A stretch of DNA of 64,000 nt from NCBI RefSeq assembly GCF_018350175.1, contig NC_058373.1, positions 117,058,001 through 117,122,000 of the forward strand. Direction: 5' to 3'. This stretch comes from Felis catus. Its lineage: Eukaryota. How positions within the stretch are numbered: the stretch's first letter is position 1; every line of letters begins with the position of its first letter. Below the pieces are notes generated by a model. It searched no databases and was not told the origin of the DNA. It was given only the letters and a program-made list of their open reading frames with translations. Position numbers and translations under genes: made by a program. Of this stretch, positions 37,566-49,648 are shown in pieces.

Positions 37566-38185
37566 AATGCTAACCAAAGTCCTGAGATGATCAAGCGATT
37601 ATATCCTGGGTGCCCAGCATTGCCACCAAAATTGGCCCCTAAGGATTGAGCTCTCGCATCTTGCTTTAAGATCTTTGGCGTCTCTCGCTCTGTCACTGAG
37701 CAGCTAGACTTTGAGTTCGTCTGTATAGGAAGTGTCACGTTGGCAGACCACTATAACAGAAAGAAGTATTTGTTCTTCAGAACCGTTGTTCTTTCTTCTC
37801 CCCCCTGGAGGTTCCTGCCCTCTCAGTCAGATTAGAGCTATATAAACAAGCTTGTACTACTGAGCTAGCACACTTCTTGTAAAGTTTTTTTCTCCCCAAA
37901 GTGCTTAACATTGCTGATGTCAGAAAAAAAAAATCCATTGGGTTTTAATGGGCCGAAGCAAACAGTGTGAGGTTGATACAATAGGAGGAGAGGAAATAAC
38001 ATCAACAGAAATTCTTATTTGGTAGCACAGATATTCAGACTGTTACAGTCAGGCTTTGATTACCTCTCTTGCAAGATATTTCCCTGAATAGGGTTTTGAG
38101 GGCTAGACACAAAGAAGGGCAGGCAGGATGTTTAAGGATTTTAGCTTCATGTGACAGTGATCTCGGTGGCATTGGAGTGTCACTG

Positions 38186-38350
38186 CAGTGGTCTGCCTCT
38201 TAGGTGTACGTCAGGATCACCCGAGAAGCTTGTTAAATAGCTGATGGCTCCATCTCAGAATCCCTGAGGTGGGGGAAGCATTTCTCCAATGATTCTGATG
38301 CTGATGGCCTGGGAATTTCACTTGGCCAAATAGTGGCTGGAAACCAGACT
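38186..38350. mobile_element. MER5-like DNA transposon
   Basis: CAGTGG..TCAGGATCACC..AGCTTGTTAAA..TCAGAATCCCTG..GATTCTGATGC. Confidence 0.6.
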
Positions 38351-40232
38351 GCTGGTCAGTTGCTGCGTTCATTCCGCGCTAGGGAATTTGCATGCCCTAT
38401 TTGATTTCCTCTTCAAAAGCAACTCTGCAAAGTAGAGGACTCTCACCTTCCAGGTGAAGAGCTGGAAGGTGGGGGAAGGTGGGGGGAGGTACTCAATTGC
38501 CAAGGCAGTCTTGGTGTGGCCAGAGCTGAGATGCTATTTCCTGTCTGACTTCAAAGCCACTTCCTTTTCCACATCATGGAGGTCTTTCTACCTGCTGGGC
38601 TCAGCATTGTTATCTGCTGGACCCTAGTCTTGGCTGCTCCAGAGAGGCTGGCATTACAAAGGAAAACAGCTGGCATTTGTTGTAACTGCAAGCTACAACT
38701 GAAATAGAAGTTTGGAGTAAATTGCAGTCCCGACTTGCAGAAGATTTACTAATCAGTTTGAGTCATAGATACTCAATTGTTCTGTTATTGACAAGGTGTC
38801 TCCTCACTATACTTTCCATCCTCCCACATGTTCCTTCTTATCTAAATTGCTCATGGATTCCAAAAGTGGATTCCTGAGTTCAGGGCTGGCCCATATCAAT
38901 AAATTCTGGGGAAAAGTGTGATTCTGTCCATAGGTCTTTGCAAGAAAGAGCCTTCTTTGTGGGGCAGTTTCAGTGGCTTGTTATCTGGATGGGTATTCCA
39001 GAAGGAGTGTGCTGCATCTTGGTCGAATCTTATCAATTCCATCATTCATTCAAAAATATCTGAGTACCTACGAGGTGTGCCACACCTTGTGCTAGGTGCA
39101 GGATGAACCCCACCAACAAAGACTCTGCCCAAGCAGAACTGGCTTTAGTAGAGGAGATTCCTGATAAACAAGTAAACAAAGAAAGGTGCAAAGCCCTGTT
39201 ATTTCTCATCCACGTTTGTCCCATTTAATCTCCTTGAGATCAGATCAGTCCTCGTGGTTTTTTTTTTTTTTTTCTTTTGGGTGCCTACAGCTTCTGGGGC
39301 TTCACGTGGCCATGCTTGATGCCTGTGTTGTCCCCTAGGCTGGAATGGCCTCTTCTGCTTCCCCCAGACTCCTCTTCATCCTTCGCTGTCATATCAGTTG
39401 CCAGCTTCTGCCCTGCGCCGGCATAACCAAATACCCACACATTACGACGTCCTGTTTCTGTGGACATGTCTGTCACTCTTCCTGGACTCTCAACACTTTA
39501 ATGAGATCATCTGTGTCTGATTTATCTTTGTATCTCCAGGGCCTACCATATCTTCATATCTCCAGCCCACCTTGCGAGTGGATGCTCAGGGCGGTTGCTC
39601 CAAGAAGAAATGTTGAGTCCCACTGCCCCTGGTGGTGGGCGGTGGTATTACAGAAATCGCTTCAAGGTTGGGGATGCTGAGTCTGGGAGAGGATGCTTCA
39701 CTCCAGCAGTTTGGTGATTCCTTGACAAGCTCAGCATGAGTGATGCCATAAATGGAGGACATGGGCTAGGATAAAGAGAGGTGGTACAGAACATTCTGAT
39801 GAGCATTTGAAGGAAAGTTTTGAGGTTCCAGGGCAGAGCTGGAAGGAACACTGGAGATGTGGCGTTTTACAGCTATTGTCCACTTGGGGTCCGGGGAAGT
39901 TGTGACTTGACCTGGTTCTGACAGCTAGTCAATTGCACACAAGGTAGGAGACCCAGGCCACCCAGTTCAGAAGGCTTTCCGCTATGCTGGGACTATAGTG
40001 ACAGATAAGGAAACATAGGCACAGAGAGGTGAAGTAACTTGTTCCAGATCACGCTGCTTGGAAGTGATGCAAACTGATTTTGGATGTGGATCTGTCTGAT
40101 AACAGACTCCAGCTTGTAACCACTGTGCTACCTGTCTGTCTCTTCTTGGAGTTTTCAAAAATCAAGCCCTGAACACGTTTTTAGCTTCTCCCTTGGTTAG
40201 CTGTAAGCCATTTTAGGAAAAGAGTATCATTA

Positions 40233-40332
40233 ATGTGTTTCCTTTCTACTGAAATGTAGTTTTGTGTTTCTTTCTACTGAAATGTAGTTTTGTGTAGTTT
40301 TGTAGTTTTGTGAAATGTAGTTTTGTACTGAA
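40233..40332. repeat. Short imperfect tandem repeat
   Basis: TTTCTACTGAAATGTAGTTTTGTG twice, followed by shorter TGTAGTTT units. Confidence 0.9.
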
Positions 40333-40494
40333 AAACATTCATATTCTTTAAATATTAAAAAGGCCCTGAATTGTTTACTGTGTGCATATATACATGTAGC
40401 ATAAATAAGATGAAGTTTTTGGTTTTCACTACCATGAAATTTAAACTATTCCTATTTCATTTCTATCATATTTCATTTAAAAATAAATATTTTA

Positions 40495-40706
40495 GGGGTG
40501 CTTAGGTGGCTCAGTTGGTTAAGTGTCTGCTTGATTTCAGCTCAGGTGATGATCTCATGTTTTGTGGGTTCTAGCCCCATGTCGGGCTCTGTGCCGACAG
40601 TGCGGAGCCTGCTTGGGATTCTCTCCCTTCCTCTTCTCTCTGCCCCTCCCCTGCTCATGCTGTCTCATTCTCTCTCTCAAAAAATAAATAAGTAAACTTA
40701 AAAAAC
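40495..40706 (+). mobile_element. Can-SINE (older)
   Basis: Head, CT tract, tail; TSD AATAAATATTT. Confidence 0.92.
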
Positions 40707-41066
40707 TAATAAATATTTCATATATTGTAATGAATGAGAATCTAGCCCTTTAATGTCACGAGCCCTAGCTTCCTAGTCAATGAATGTAATTAGAACATCC
40801 TTACCTGTGTAGGTTTTGCATCCCATTTGTCTAACATCTGTTGACGCATGGGCTTGAAAGTGGTTATATCATTATTTTAGCAATGATTCTTTCTGGACAC
40901 AGAAAAGTTGAATGACATTGAGCTGCCAGAGGAACCAAAAATAGAAGTTTTTCTACTATATACTAGATTCACTGAAATTCCTAATAGGGAGACTTGTCTG
41001 CCTGCACTTGGTAGTCTAAAGTCCTAGTCCTGGACCATCAGCCTATTATAACACTAGAAATGTTTC

Positions 41067-41071
41067 TGTGC

Positions 41072-41112
<41 letters not shown>

Positions 41113-41119
41113 TGTGTGT
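41067..41119. repeat. (TG)n microsatellite
   Basis: Seen directly. Confidence 0.95.
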
Positions 41120-42194
41120 TGGGGGAATTGGCCAGGAAGAGGCGAAGGCAGGGCTAACAGGATTGTTTTTAGGTCATTCCCAACCTTGTTGTTATAACAA
41201 CAAGGGAGATAATATGGTCATTATTATGGTGGGAGATAATATGGTCATTAAAGTCAAGTGTTCATTTAAAAATAAAGCCAGAGACCCAAAATGCCTCTGT
41301 TGCATAGATAAATGAGCATACATAAATGGACTCAGTTTTTGTTTTTCATGCTCTGTCGTATTCTGTATTGAGGCAAAGGACTAGGCAAATAAGTAGCTGT
41401 TCATTAAAAATAAAACAGCGTGTTATTCATTTAACTTTAAAAGCCACTGATTGGAATTAATAATTAGCTTTTCCATGTAACACTATATTCACAGAAACCC
41501 TGATATTACAGTACATAGAGGTAAGAGCACGTTCTTTATCTCTTCATGTAATCTAACTTTTAAAATGCATCTTAATTCACAAATGACAAAGAAAGCACGC
41601 AACTTTCAAACGGTATACTTTGGGCATTTAAATTCTTAGCACAAATGACAAATTCCTATCTCTTCCCCATCTTCTGCCCAAATTTGTTTTTATGGAATGA
41701 CCTTTGGTACCAACTTATTTTATAATAAAATATTTCCTGAGCTTTTATTTTAAATTGAAATGGCCTTTTCTGTCAAGTGTGGTATTTGTAAAAGTTTCTT
41801 TGATGAAAAGCCTATGGATTTTGTGCAAATAACCCAGGCAGGCTCTTAGCTTAGAGATAACATTTGTATAGGACTTTTATGGCTTTATATGATACCTTTA
41901 CGCTCAGTTTATTAGACCCTTACCTGTGAATACTCAGTAGAATTCACATTTTACTGATGAGAGCAGTGTAGAGAGAAGTGCCTTGGTGTGGTTCTGGGTA
42001 CACAGCAGGCATTCAACATTTTGTTTTGAAAGGAAGTTAACAAAGAGAACCCAATAGGTTATTTAACTTGTGCGAAGTCACACAGCAAATATAGTGTGAT
42101 ACCAAGAACTGAACTTCTTTACCCAAAAATTCCATATGTTGTCACTGTTATCTTTTGAGGCTTTTTAAAAAGGTCAAATTAAAAAATATTCATT

Positions 42195-43260
42195 CTACTC
42201 AATTGAGGTAAAATTCACACAACCTAAAATTAACGACTTCGAAGCATACATTTCAGTAGCATTTAATACATTCACAATGGTCTGCATCCATTGCCTTTAT
42301 CTAGTTCCAAAATGTTTCGTTATCTCAGAGGGGATCCCAAGTCCATTAAGCAGTGGCCCCATTCCATCCTCTGCCCAGCTGTTGGAAACTACCTGTCTGC
42401 TTCCTGTCTCGATAGATTTACCTATTCTCGATATTTAACGTAAATGGAATCCTACAATGTGTGACTGCCTTCGTCTGTTCAGGCTGCTATGACAGAATAT
42501 CCTAGATTGGCTGGCTTATAAACAACAGAAATTTATTTCTCACAGTTCTGGAGATCAAGGCTTCAAAAGATTTGGTGTGTGGTGAGAGTCTGTTTCCTGG
42601 TTCATGGATGACTTTATTCTTGCCGTGTCCTTATATGGTGGGAGGGAGCTCTCTGGGCGTCTTTTTTATAAGGGCACTAATCAGCTCCCAAAGGCCCTAC
42701 CTCCTAATACCATCAAGCCAGGGGTTTGGATTTCAACATATGGATTTTGTTGGAACATAAACGTCCAGTCCATTGCAATGACCTTTGTGTTTGGCTTCTT
42801 TCACTAAGCATAATGTTTTCAAGACCAATCTGTGTTGTAGCATGTATCAGCACTTTATTACTTTTTATGGGTGAACTTTATTCCATCGTAGGGAGAGACG
42901 ATATTTGGTTTATCCATCGATGGATGGACACTGAGCTGTCTCCATTTTTTGGCTATTGTGAATAGAGCTACTGGGAACATCTGTGTTCAAATATTTGTTG
43001 GAATACTTGTTTTCAGTTCTTTGGGGGTATAGTTGAATTTTCAGGTTACATGGTAATTCTATGTTTAACTTTTGAGGAACCACCAAACTGTTTTTTCATA
43101 GCAACTGAACCATTTTACATTCCTATCAACAAGGTACAAGTGTTCAGATTTCCCCACATCCTTTGCCACACTTGTTATTTGAGGTTTTTCTCTTTTAGTA
43201 TGACCGTCCTAGTGGGTATGAAGTGGTCTTTCCTTGTGGTTTTGATCTGCATTTCCCTAG
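42195..43260 (-). mobile_element. Old L1 (L1MB-like) 3' region
   Basis: ATTGAGGTAAAATTCACA..AAAATTAAC; TTTGAGGAACCACCAAACTG; TTGTGGTTTTGATCTGCATTTCCCTA. Confidence 0.85.
42466..42777 (-). mobile_element. MaLR solo LTR (MLT1A/MST-like) inserted in L1
   Basis: TG...CA termini; GGCTTATAAACAACAGAAATTTATTTCTCACAGTTCTGGAG; 5-bp TSD GTGAC/ATGAC. Confidence 0.85.
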
Positions 43261-43633
43261 TAAAATATTCAGATTTGAGTGCATAGAATTAATCAAGAAG
43301 TGAGCTTTGGTAAGACAAAATCAACATCACAATGATTGGCTTCATCTGTCCTCAGGAGATTATTTAAGACGGCATAAGCTCACCTCTAGGGTACATGATT
43401 CTGGGCTGAAAATAAAGAACATGTTGCTTTGGGATTAGGAGAATGTATGTGGATCCAGACCCCAGTTATCCCCTAGATGTTTTTTTAAGATACTGCTTAA
43501 ATTAATGTGGAAAAATGAGAAATTTATCGTGTTTTATTTTCATATCACCTGCCAAAAGATGCTTCTTTGCGTGGCAGGACTTTCTTTGTATAATTTTTTC
43601 ATGTCTTAACGGTCTATTCATTTATTTTTGCAG

Positions 43634-43737
43634 TGTGAGTGAAGACATCCGGGATGGCTCAGGGATCTGGGGATCAAAGAGCAGTGGGGATTGCTGACCC
43701 AGAGGACAGTTCTCCAAACATGATAGTCTACCGCAAA
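43634..43737 (+). other. RGS6: RGS6 first coding exon (20 nt 5'UTR + 84 nt CDS)
   Basis: Branch-like TCTTAAC at 43604-43610, TTTATTTTTGCAG acceptor, AAA|GTAAGG donor. Confidence 0.93.
43654..43737 (+). CDS. RGS6: Regulator of G-protein signalling 6, N-terminal 28 aa (partial; phase-0 donor; the rest lies beyond the window)
   Basis: Translates to [28 protein letters not shown], recognised as the RGS6 N-terminus; strong Kozak GGGATGG; in-frame TGA 18 nt upstream. Confidence 0.95.
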
Positions 43738-43954
43738 GTAAGGCCTCTTATTGAATGCTGGGGGTGCTGCTTGTGTATGTGTTTGTGTTCCGTGCAGGGT
43801 TGACTGATGGTTGACAGCTTGACAAATGTTTTCTGCTTAAACTGATAAATGAATGTCATTTTCTTCTCATGTCCTCTGATTTTCCAATTCTAAAATTCAA
43901 AGAAGTTAGGTTTTGTCATACTTGATATTGAACACTTGAAAAATACGATTTGAT

Positions 43955-44066
43955 TTTCTTTAAAGATTTTGTTTTTAAGTAATCTCTCCACCCAACGTGG
44001 GGCTTGCACGTACAACCCTGAGATAAAGGGTCGCATGCTCTACAGACTGAGCCAGCCAGGCTCCCC
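43955..44066 (-). mobile_element. Short tRNA-derived carnivore SINE
   Basis: TTTTTAAGTAATCTCT..ACCCAACGTGGGGCTTG...GACTGAGCCAGCCAGG..CCCC. Confidence 0.85.
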
Positions 44067-44149
44067 CGCTTTGGTTTTCTTTAAACGCAGAGATTGCCTA
44101 AGCAGTGCAGATGGAGACGTATTCTCCTTCAGTGTCAAGGCCTTTGTGT

Positions 44150-45065
44150 AACATTTATCAACTGATTGTTTTTGAACCCATCGTATGTGTAAGATCTGGC
44201 CTAGATGCCGTGGGAGATACAGAGGTATGCACGAATTAGATGTCTGTGGTTGGTGAAGACAAGAGATGTACACAAATGCAGAGTCTGTAATAGTCTAAGT
44301 GTTCATTTCCAAAAGAGAAGTGCAAATACGGTATTATATGAAATCAGAGGAGGGAGTGATTACTTCCAGGCTCAGAGGCCAGGTGTGGACTGGTGGAGTG
44401 GTCTTTGAATTCACATTTTAAAGGATGGGTAGGACTGCTTTATGTGGAAAGTGGAAAGAACGACATTCCAGTGGCGAGATGCATTGAGCAAAGGCAAAGG
44501 GCTGGAGCAAGTGAACAGCAACCGGAACTAGTGAGCTTGGGCATAGGTGAGTTACATGGAGTAATGGAGGTAAGATTTCGGGAAGACAGTTTGGATGGAG
44601 CCAGATTTTGGAATGTTGAATCACAGACAATTTAATCATGAAAAACTTTTGTGCCGGGAGTTGCAAAATCAACATTTCCCTTTGGGATTATGAGTCTTGC
44701 CCCACTGGGCCAGATACATTGTAGTGAAGGTAGACCGGAGGCTTAATGGGGGAGGGGGTGGTGGTGGTGTTTCTGTATCTGTGAGAAAGAAGGAGGATAC
44801 TAATCTAGCAGGGGAAATGCCCCTCAGAATTGAGTGGGACTGAGCAAAGGAATTAAAGAGTCTAAATTAAAAATGTCTTGGAAACTGAATGGATATAGAA
44901 TTAGGAGGGAATAGAGAATCAAAGGTGGCTGTTACATAGCCGCTTTGGGTTACACTGGCAAGACACTGATGCTATTGATTCAAATAGGGACATTTGGAAG
45001 GATGTTTTCAAGGAAGGAGATATGGCACATAAGTTTTATTTGTGCACATGTTGAATTTGAGGGAA
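44150..45065 (-). mobile_element. L2 fragment
   Basis: Decayed antisense L2 motifs (TTTAAAGGATGGGTAGGA, CATTCCAG, CATGTTGAATTTGAGG). Confidence 0.55.
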
Positions 45066-45544
45066 TAACTGCTTATTAATACACGTTTAATGCTTGCATG
45101 TGTGGGAAAATTTGATCTAGCTAGATTACGTTATTAATAAGGAAAATTGGTTAATGTTCATTCACTTCACTAAATATTTGAGTTGTCTGCTGGGTTCTGT
45201 GTATTCTGCAAGACTGTGTGTTTGATCTCTGCTAATCATATGGGCAAGGTTGAACTAGATATTCCTGGATGATCAATGTGGTGAATTTTTCTCTTTCCTT
45301 ATAAAAATAGAACTCAAAACTAATTTCGCTATGAGTATCAAATTCCTTCATCCTTTGCTTTGTAAGAGAATGCTTAGATAACCCATCTCTAACAGAGAAG
45401 CCTATTAAAGTGTAATAAAGAAAAAAGAGATTCACACGGCTAACAAATTGGTGAGGCATACAGAATAATACAAAGATGTGTATTCCTCGTTACCGTCTTA
45501 ACCCACCCCACGCCAGGGAAACCCTAAGCCAAGATCATAGGAAC

Positions 45545-45750
45545 ATGAGGTTTGGAATCAGACCTAGGTTAAAATTATTGCGATGCTACCACTTCCTAGT
45601 GATGTGACCTTGAGTTAGTTATTAATTCTGTGAGCCTCAGTTTCTTCATTTTTAAAAAGAAAAATAAAAGTTGGGGGTGGGGGAGGAAGGACAGTACCTC
45701 ATGGGGTTATTGTGAAGATTCATTTAGATAAAGTAAATGAGGAACTTAAT
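45545..45750 (+). mobile_element. MIR
   Basis: TTTGGAATCAGACCTAGGTT...TGTGACCTTG...GAGCCTCAGTTTCTTCAT...GTTATTGTGAAGATT. Confidence 0.85.
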
Positions 45751-48700
45751 GAAATCTTTTTTTTTTTCTTTAGGGTCTTATAAAAACAGTGTCATTTGGA
45801 GAAAGGAGATAAAGTATAAGATGTTTAAATATTGGTACTATTAATACGTTGACTTAAGTATGCTCATACAGTGAGTTGCCTTTTTAAGACAGGAAAACAA
45901 TACAGATATTTTTGTATTATTCAGGAGATTGTAAACTAATGGGTTATTAAAGGTTGGTAAGAAATGTAAAGGTCATGCAATGCAAACACCTTTCTACTAG
46001 AATATTTGGGATTATGTTGAAAGGAAAACTTCCTACAGGTTTGTGCAAACTTGATTTTTACTTTTTAGGTGGTAGCAGGGGACTCTTGGTTTAATTTAGA
46101 TACAAAGCTGTCAATTACCATAGTTCTTCAAAGATATGACGACTAGCCTCTTGGTTTCTATACTGGAAACATATCTTGCTTCCTTTTGACAAATTTGCAT
46201 GTGGGATATTTATGTGTTCATGTTATTTGTCATAACAGTTAATTGCTATAAAAGGGATATTACGTCTGTTCAATCTATTAGGAAGAAAGAAGGCATTGCT
46301 TAGTATGGGTCTAGGACCTGGAATCATTTAAACCTAGTTAATTTGACTAATTTAAGCCACGATTACGTTTCAGTCATGGGATATTTACCTAGTTCTCTAC
46401 TCGCAATGTTGTAGACCAGCCGTTGGCTACAACCAATACAACCAATATTGTAGGACACTATCCTCAAGGTGTCAGTAAAGATTAAACCTTGAAACCAAGG
46501 TCAATTTAAGACATGTACGTACTATGGAAGTCCTCTTTTATAGTGTTTTTTTTCAAGTTGTAAGCTCTAAAACCAAGCCTTTTCTTAGAGGTCCACAACA
46601 AAAATTTACATTAAAAATTATGCAAATAGTACTTTCCTTTTTGTTGTCTTTGTCTGGTTGTTTCTTACTCATGTCAGATGTTTTTAGTGTGACGTTTTTG
46701 CTTGCATTGTGTTGTGTTGATTCACATGCTGACATTTAAAAAGCCAGATCTAGAGAAATGGAGCTTTTGGGTGAACTTCCGAGTCATAAGTGGGATGATT
46801 ATGTCCACAACGTTGTTGTGACTTTTAAATGCCATTTAGGGTGGTAACCTTCTGACATATGAGTAATGATGGGTGGGTTTCTCAGGCCTACACCTTCAGA
46901 ATACTCTTCATTTTCTTTTCATGTTTTCTGTGTCATTAACTCTGAGAAGCTGTACTTTCCCAAGGCATGATTTATTTATTGAGTTGAACAGACTTTCTCA
47001 TTTAGTTTTTCCATCCTTCACATTCACATTTTGGATTGGAGGTGTATATGAAAAATGTATTGGTCACATTAAAAATCTATTTAAAAGAAAACCTTAATTA
47101 TTCATTAAGGCACCCAAACCCTGTTAACCTTTTTTAAATATTCTTGGATCCAGAAGATCCTGGGTCATTGAATTGCCCAACGTAGGGATGATATTTGAAC
47201 CTGGCTGGATGTCAGATCATTTAGGTGTGTTTTATAACAATATTGATCCTCAAGAGATCCTCCATCCCTCCCTCCCCAAGGCATTTTTGTTTCATATGTC
47301 TGAGCTGGGTCTTGGGAACCTGAGTTTTAAACTCTTTCTCAGGAGAATCTGGGCTTGAAGCACTTATTCAGTATGTTTTACAATGTCCAGGTAGAGTACA
47401 CGTAGCACCATAATGGGAAAGTTAATGTTTTGAAGTGGGTTTTTGATTTTATAATTATTTATAGATCTCTCAGACGTAGAAGAACCAGGCTTCTGTCATG
47501 GAGTTACATGTAAGGGATTTTAATAACCCCTTCAGAGGAGCAAAGTAAAGTATGGAGAAGGTGCGTAACTTGCATGAAGTTACTCAGCAGTTTCCCAGTG
47601 AAGCCATGATTGGGTCCAGGTGGCCTGACTGCCCCCCTCGGCGTCCCTTCCACCACCATGTTATCAACCGCAAACTACCATTGCCACATTGTTGGGGTTC
47701 AGCAGACACTGGATAAGTTAAATAAGTGAAAGTACCGTGCGGCGGATCTTTGCTTTTCATGCTTAGTCTCAGAGATTTGGCTTGGGTTGACTTTGAACAT
47801 TTGTAATGCGAAAGCTTCATTCTACTTGCTGGTGCTCTTGTTTCTTGGTTAAAGATTTTCGAGAATGTTTACTTTCTTTTTTAAACCCAGAATTCTTTTG
47901 AGTACAAGTAGGTTGCTTTCTGATTTTGTTTAGTTCTCTGAGTGGTGTTAATAATGTCTCTTGAGAAATTTCCAACTGGACTGGTGATTTGATTTGGTAG
48001 AACTCTGAGCAATTAGATTGTAGTTGGACGGAGAAAATTGTAGCTTAACTTGACCCAGACTTGGGTCAGGAGATGGGATAGTGTGATGGAAGATGCCAAA
48101 CAGGGAGCAGAGAGCTCTGGGTATCTGGCCCTAGCTCCGACACGTACTGCTTTGGTTCTCTGGATGGGCAACTTCATTTTCCCAGCTCTGTTTCTCATTT
48201 TGACTTCCTCTTCTCTACTGTTTTTCCTCCTTCCTTCCCAACCACAAAATACTCCTTACACAAAAAGAATACGTTCAGTGTCCACATAAAGTAGAAAGAA
48301 GCATGATAAAATGAACCCCGTGTGCCTACCAACCCACCAACATGATAAATAAAATATTACTTTGGCTTCGTTTCCTCTTCTGTAAAGTGAGGGGATTGGA
48401 CTAAATATCGTAAACACACTTTTCTGCAATGATTTAAAAGGTTCATTCTGTAAGTTTTTAACCATAGATTAATTCACTTCTCTGATGTCAAAACAATGTT
48501 GTGAGACTGTAGACACGTGTAAGGGTCTTTAGAACTTTTCTAGAAGTATTTCAAACAGTCCTATGTAACTGAAATTGGACTGAGATAAAACCTGATGTCA
48601 TTAGGCATCAGAAGAAAAATTCTAGTTGCAATGATTTAACGTTCAACAGTTAAAGTATCTTCTTGGTGGTGACCTGTTTCTTTGGCTTGCTAGTAACATT

Positions 48701-49442
48701 TAAGACGTTTGTATAATTATCATTTGGCGGTACTGATTGTATGTTAGACAGACAGCAGGAACAGTGTCAGCAGCACTGGATATGGTCAGTAATATATAGC
48801 GTTAGGGATGAATTAGAAGTTTTAGAGAAAGAAGAAAACGCCAGTGTGCTTGTCTGTCATTGCTGGCTTCCTTCACTTGTTAGTTTCTACTGATTTACTC
48901 CTTTTCTGCTGGAATTTGGGTCTTGCCTTTGTGTTGACCTGATACTCCAAGGTCACTTCCCCTAATGTTCTAGGACCCTGGAAGCCCTGGGCAGAAGCTG
49001 CTTTAGGCACATTTCCAAAAAGTAAATGTGGTCCTATTTTAGTTACACAGGCAGTGGGATGCAGCAAGAAGGGGAAAACATTTAGCTTGGAAGAGGCAAG
49101 CCTGATGAGCACGCTGGGAATAGGACACTGTTTTGGAATTCACGGAAGGCAGTTGTGGTGGCCAGCGCAGCCGAGAGTCAGGGAACCTACAGATTCTGGT
49201 GACCAAGGCACAGTAAGGACTAGAAACCATCTAATCGGCAAATATGTATCGAGTATCATTTGTGTGCCAGACACCATTAGGTGTTAGGAATGCAAGATAA
49301 GGTCTGTGCCCTGAAAAAAACCCGTGGGCTAATGGAGCAGAGATGGGTAACTAGACAATCACAAGAGGCCCATCGGTAGAGGTGAGCCGAGGAATGATGA
49401 AGGAGGTCGAAGGGTCATGAAATCCATATCAAGAGAGAGGAT

Positions 49443-49648
49443 GGGGGCGCCTGGGTGGCTCAGTTGGTCAAGCATCTGACTTTGACTCAGGTCATGATCT
49501 CAAGGTTCGTGAGTTTGAGCCCTGCCTTAGGCTCTGTGCTGACTGCTCAGAGCCTGGAGCCTGCTTCAGGTTCTGTCTCCCTCTCTCTGCCCCTCCCCTG
49601 CTCACGCTCTGTCTCTCTCTTTCAAAAATAAACAGTAAAACAAAGAAG
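49443..49648 (+). mobile_element. Can-SINE within decayed L2
   Basis: Head, CT tract, tail; TSD AGAGAGAGGATG. Confidence 0.93.

Noticed and set aside
40233..40332. Repeated units as a CRISPR-like array
   Set aside because: No unique spacers, decaying unit length, eukaryotic context: a slippage repeat
46549..46573. Minus strand reads GTTTTAGAGCT-TA-CAACTTGAAAAA, resembling two pieces of the SpCas9 sgRNA scaffold
   Set aside because: The anti-repeat, nexus and terminal hairpin are absent; no vector, array or cas context; treated as a post-hoc coincidence in AT-rich DNA. A VecScreen search and a dog/human orthologue check would settle it
49102..49108. CTGATGA hammerhead or box-like motif here and at several other positions
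   Set aside because: I could not build the required helices with a matching GAAA and cleavage triplet; several 7-mer hits are expected by chance
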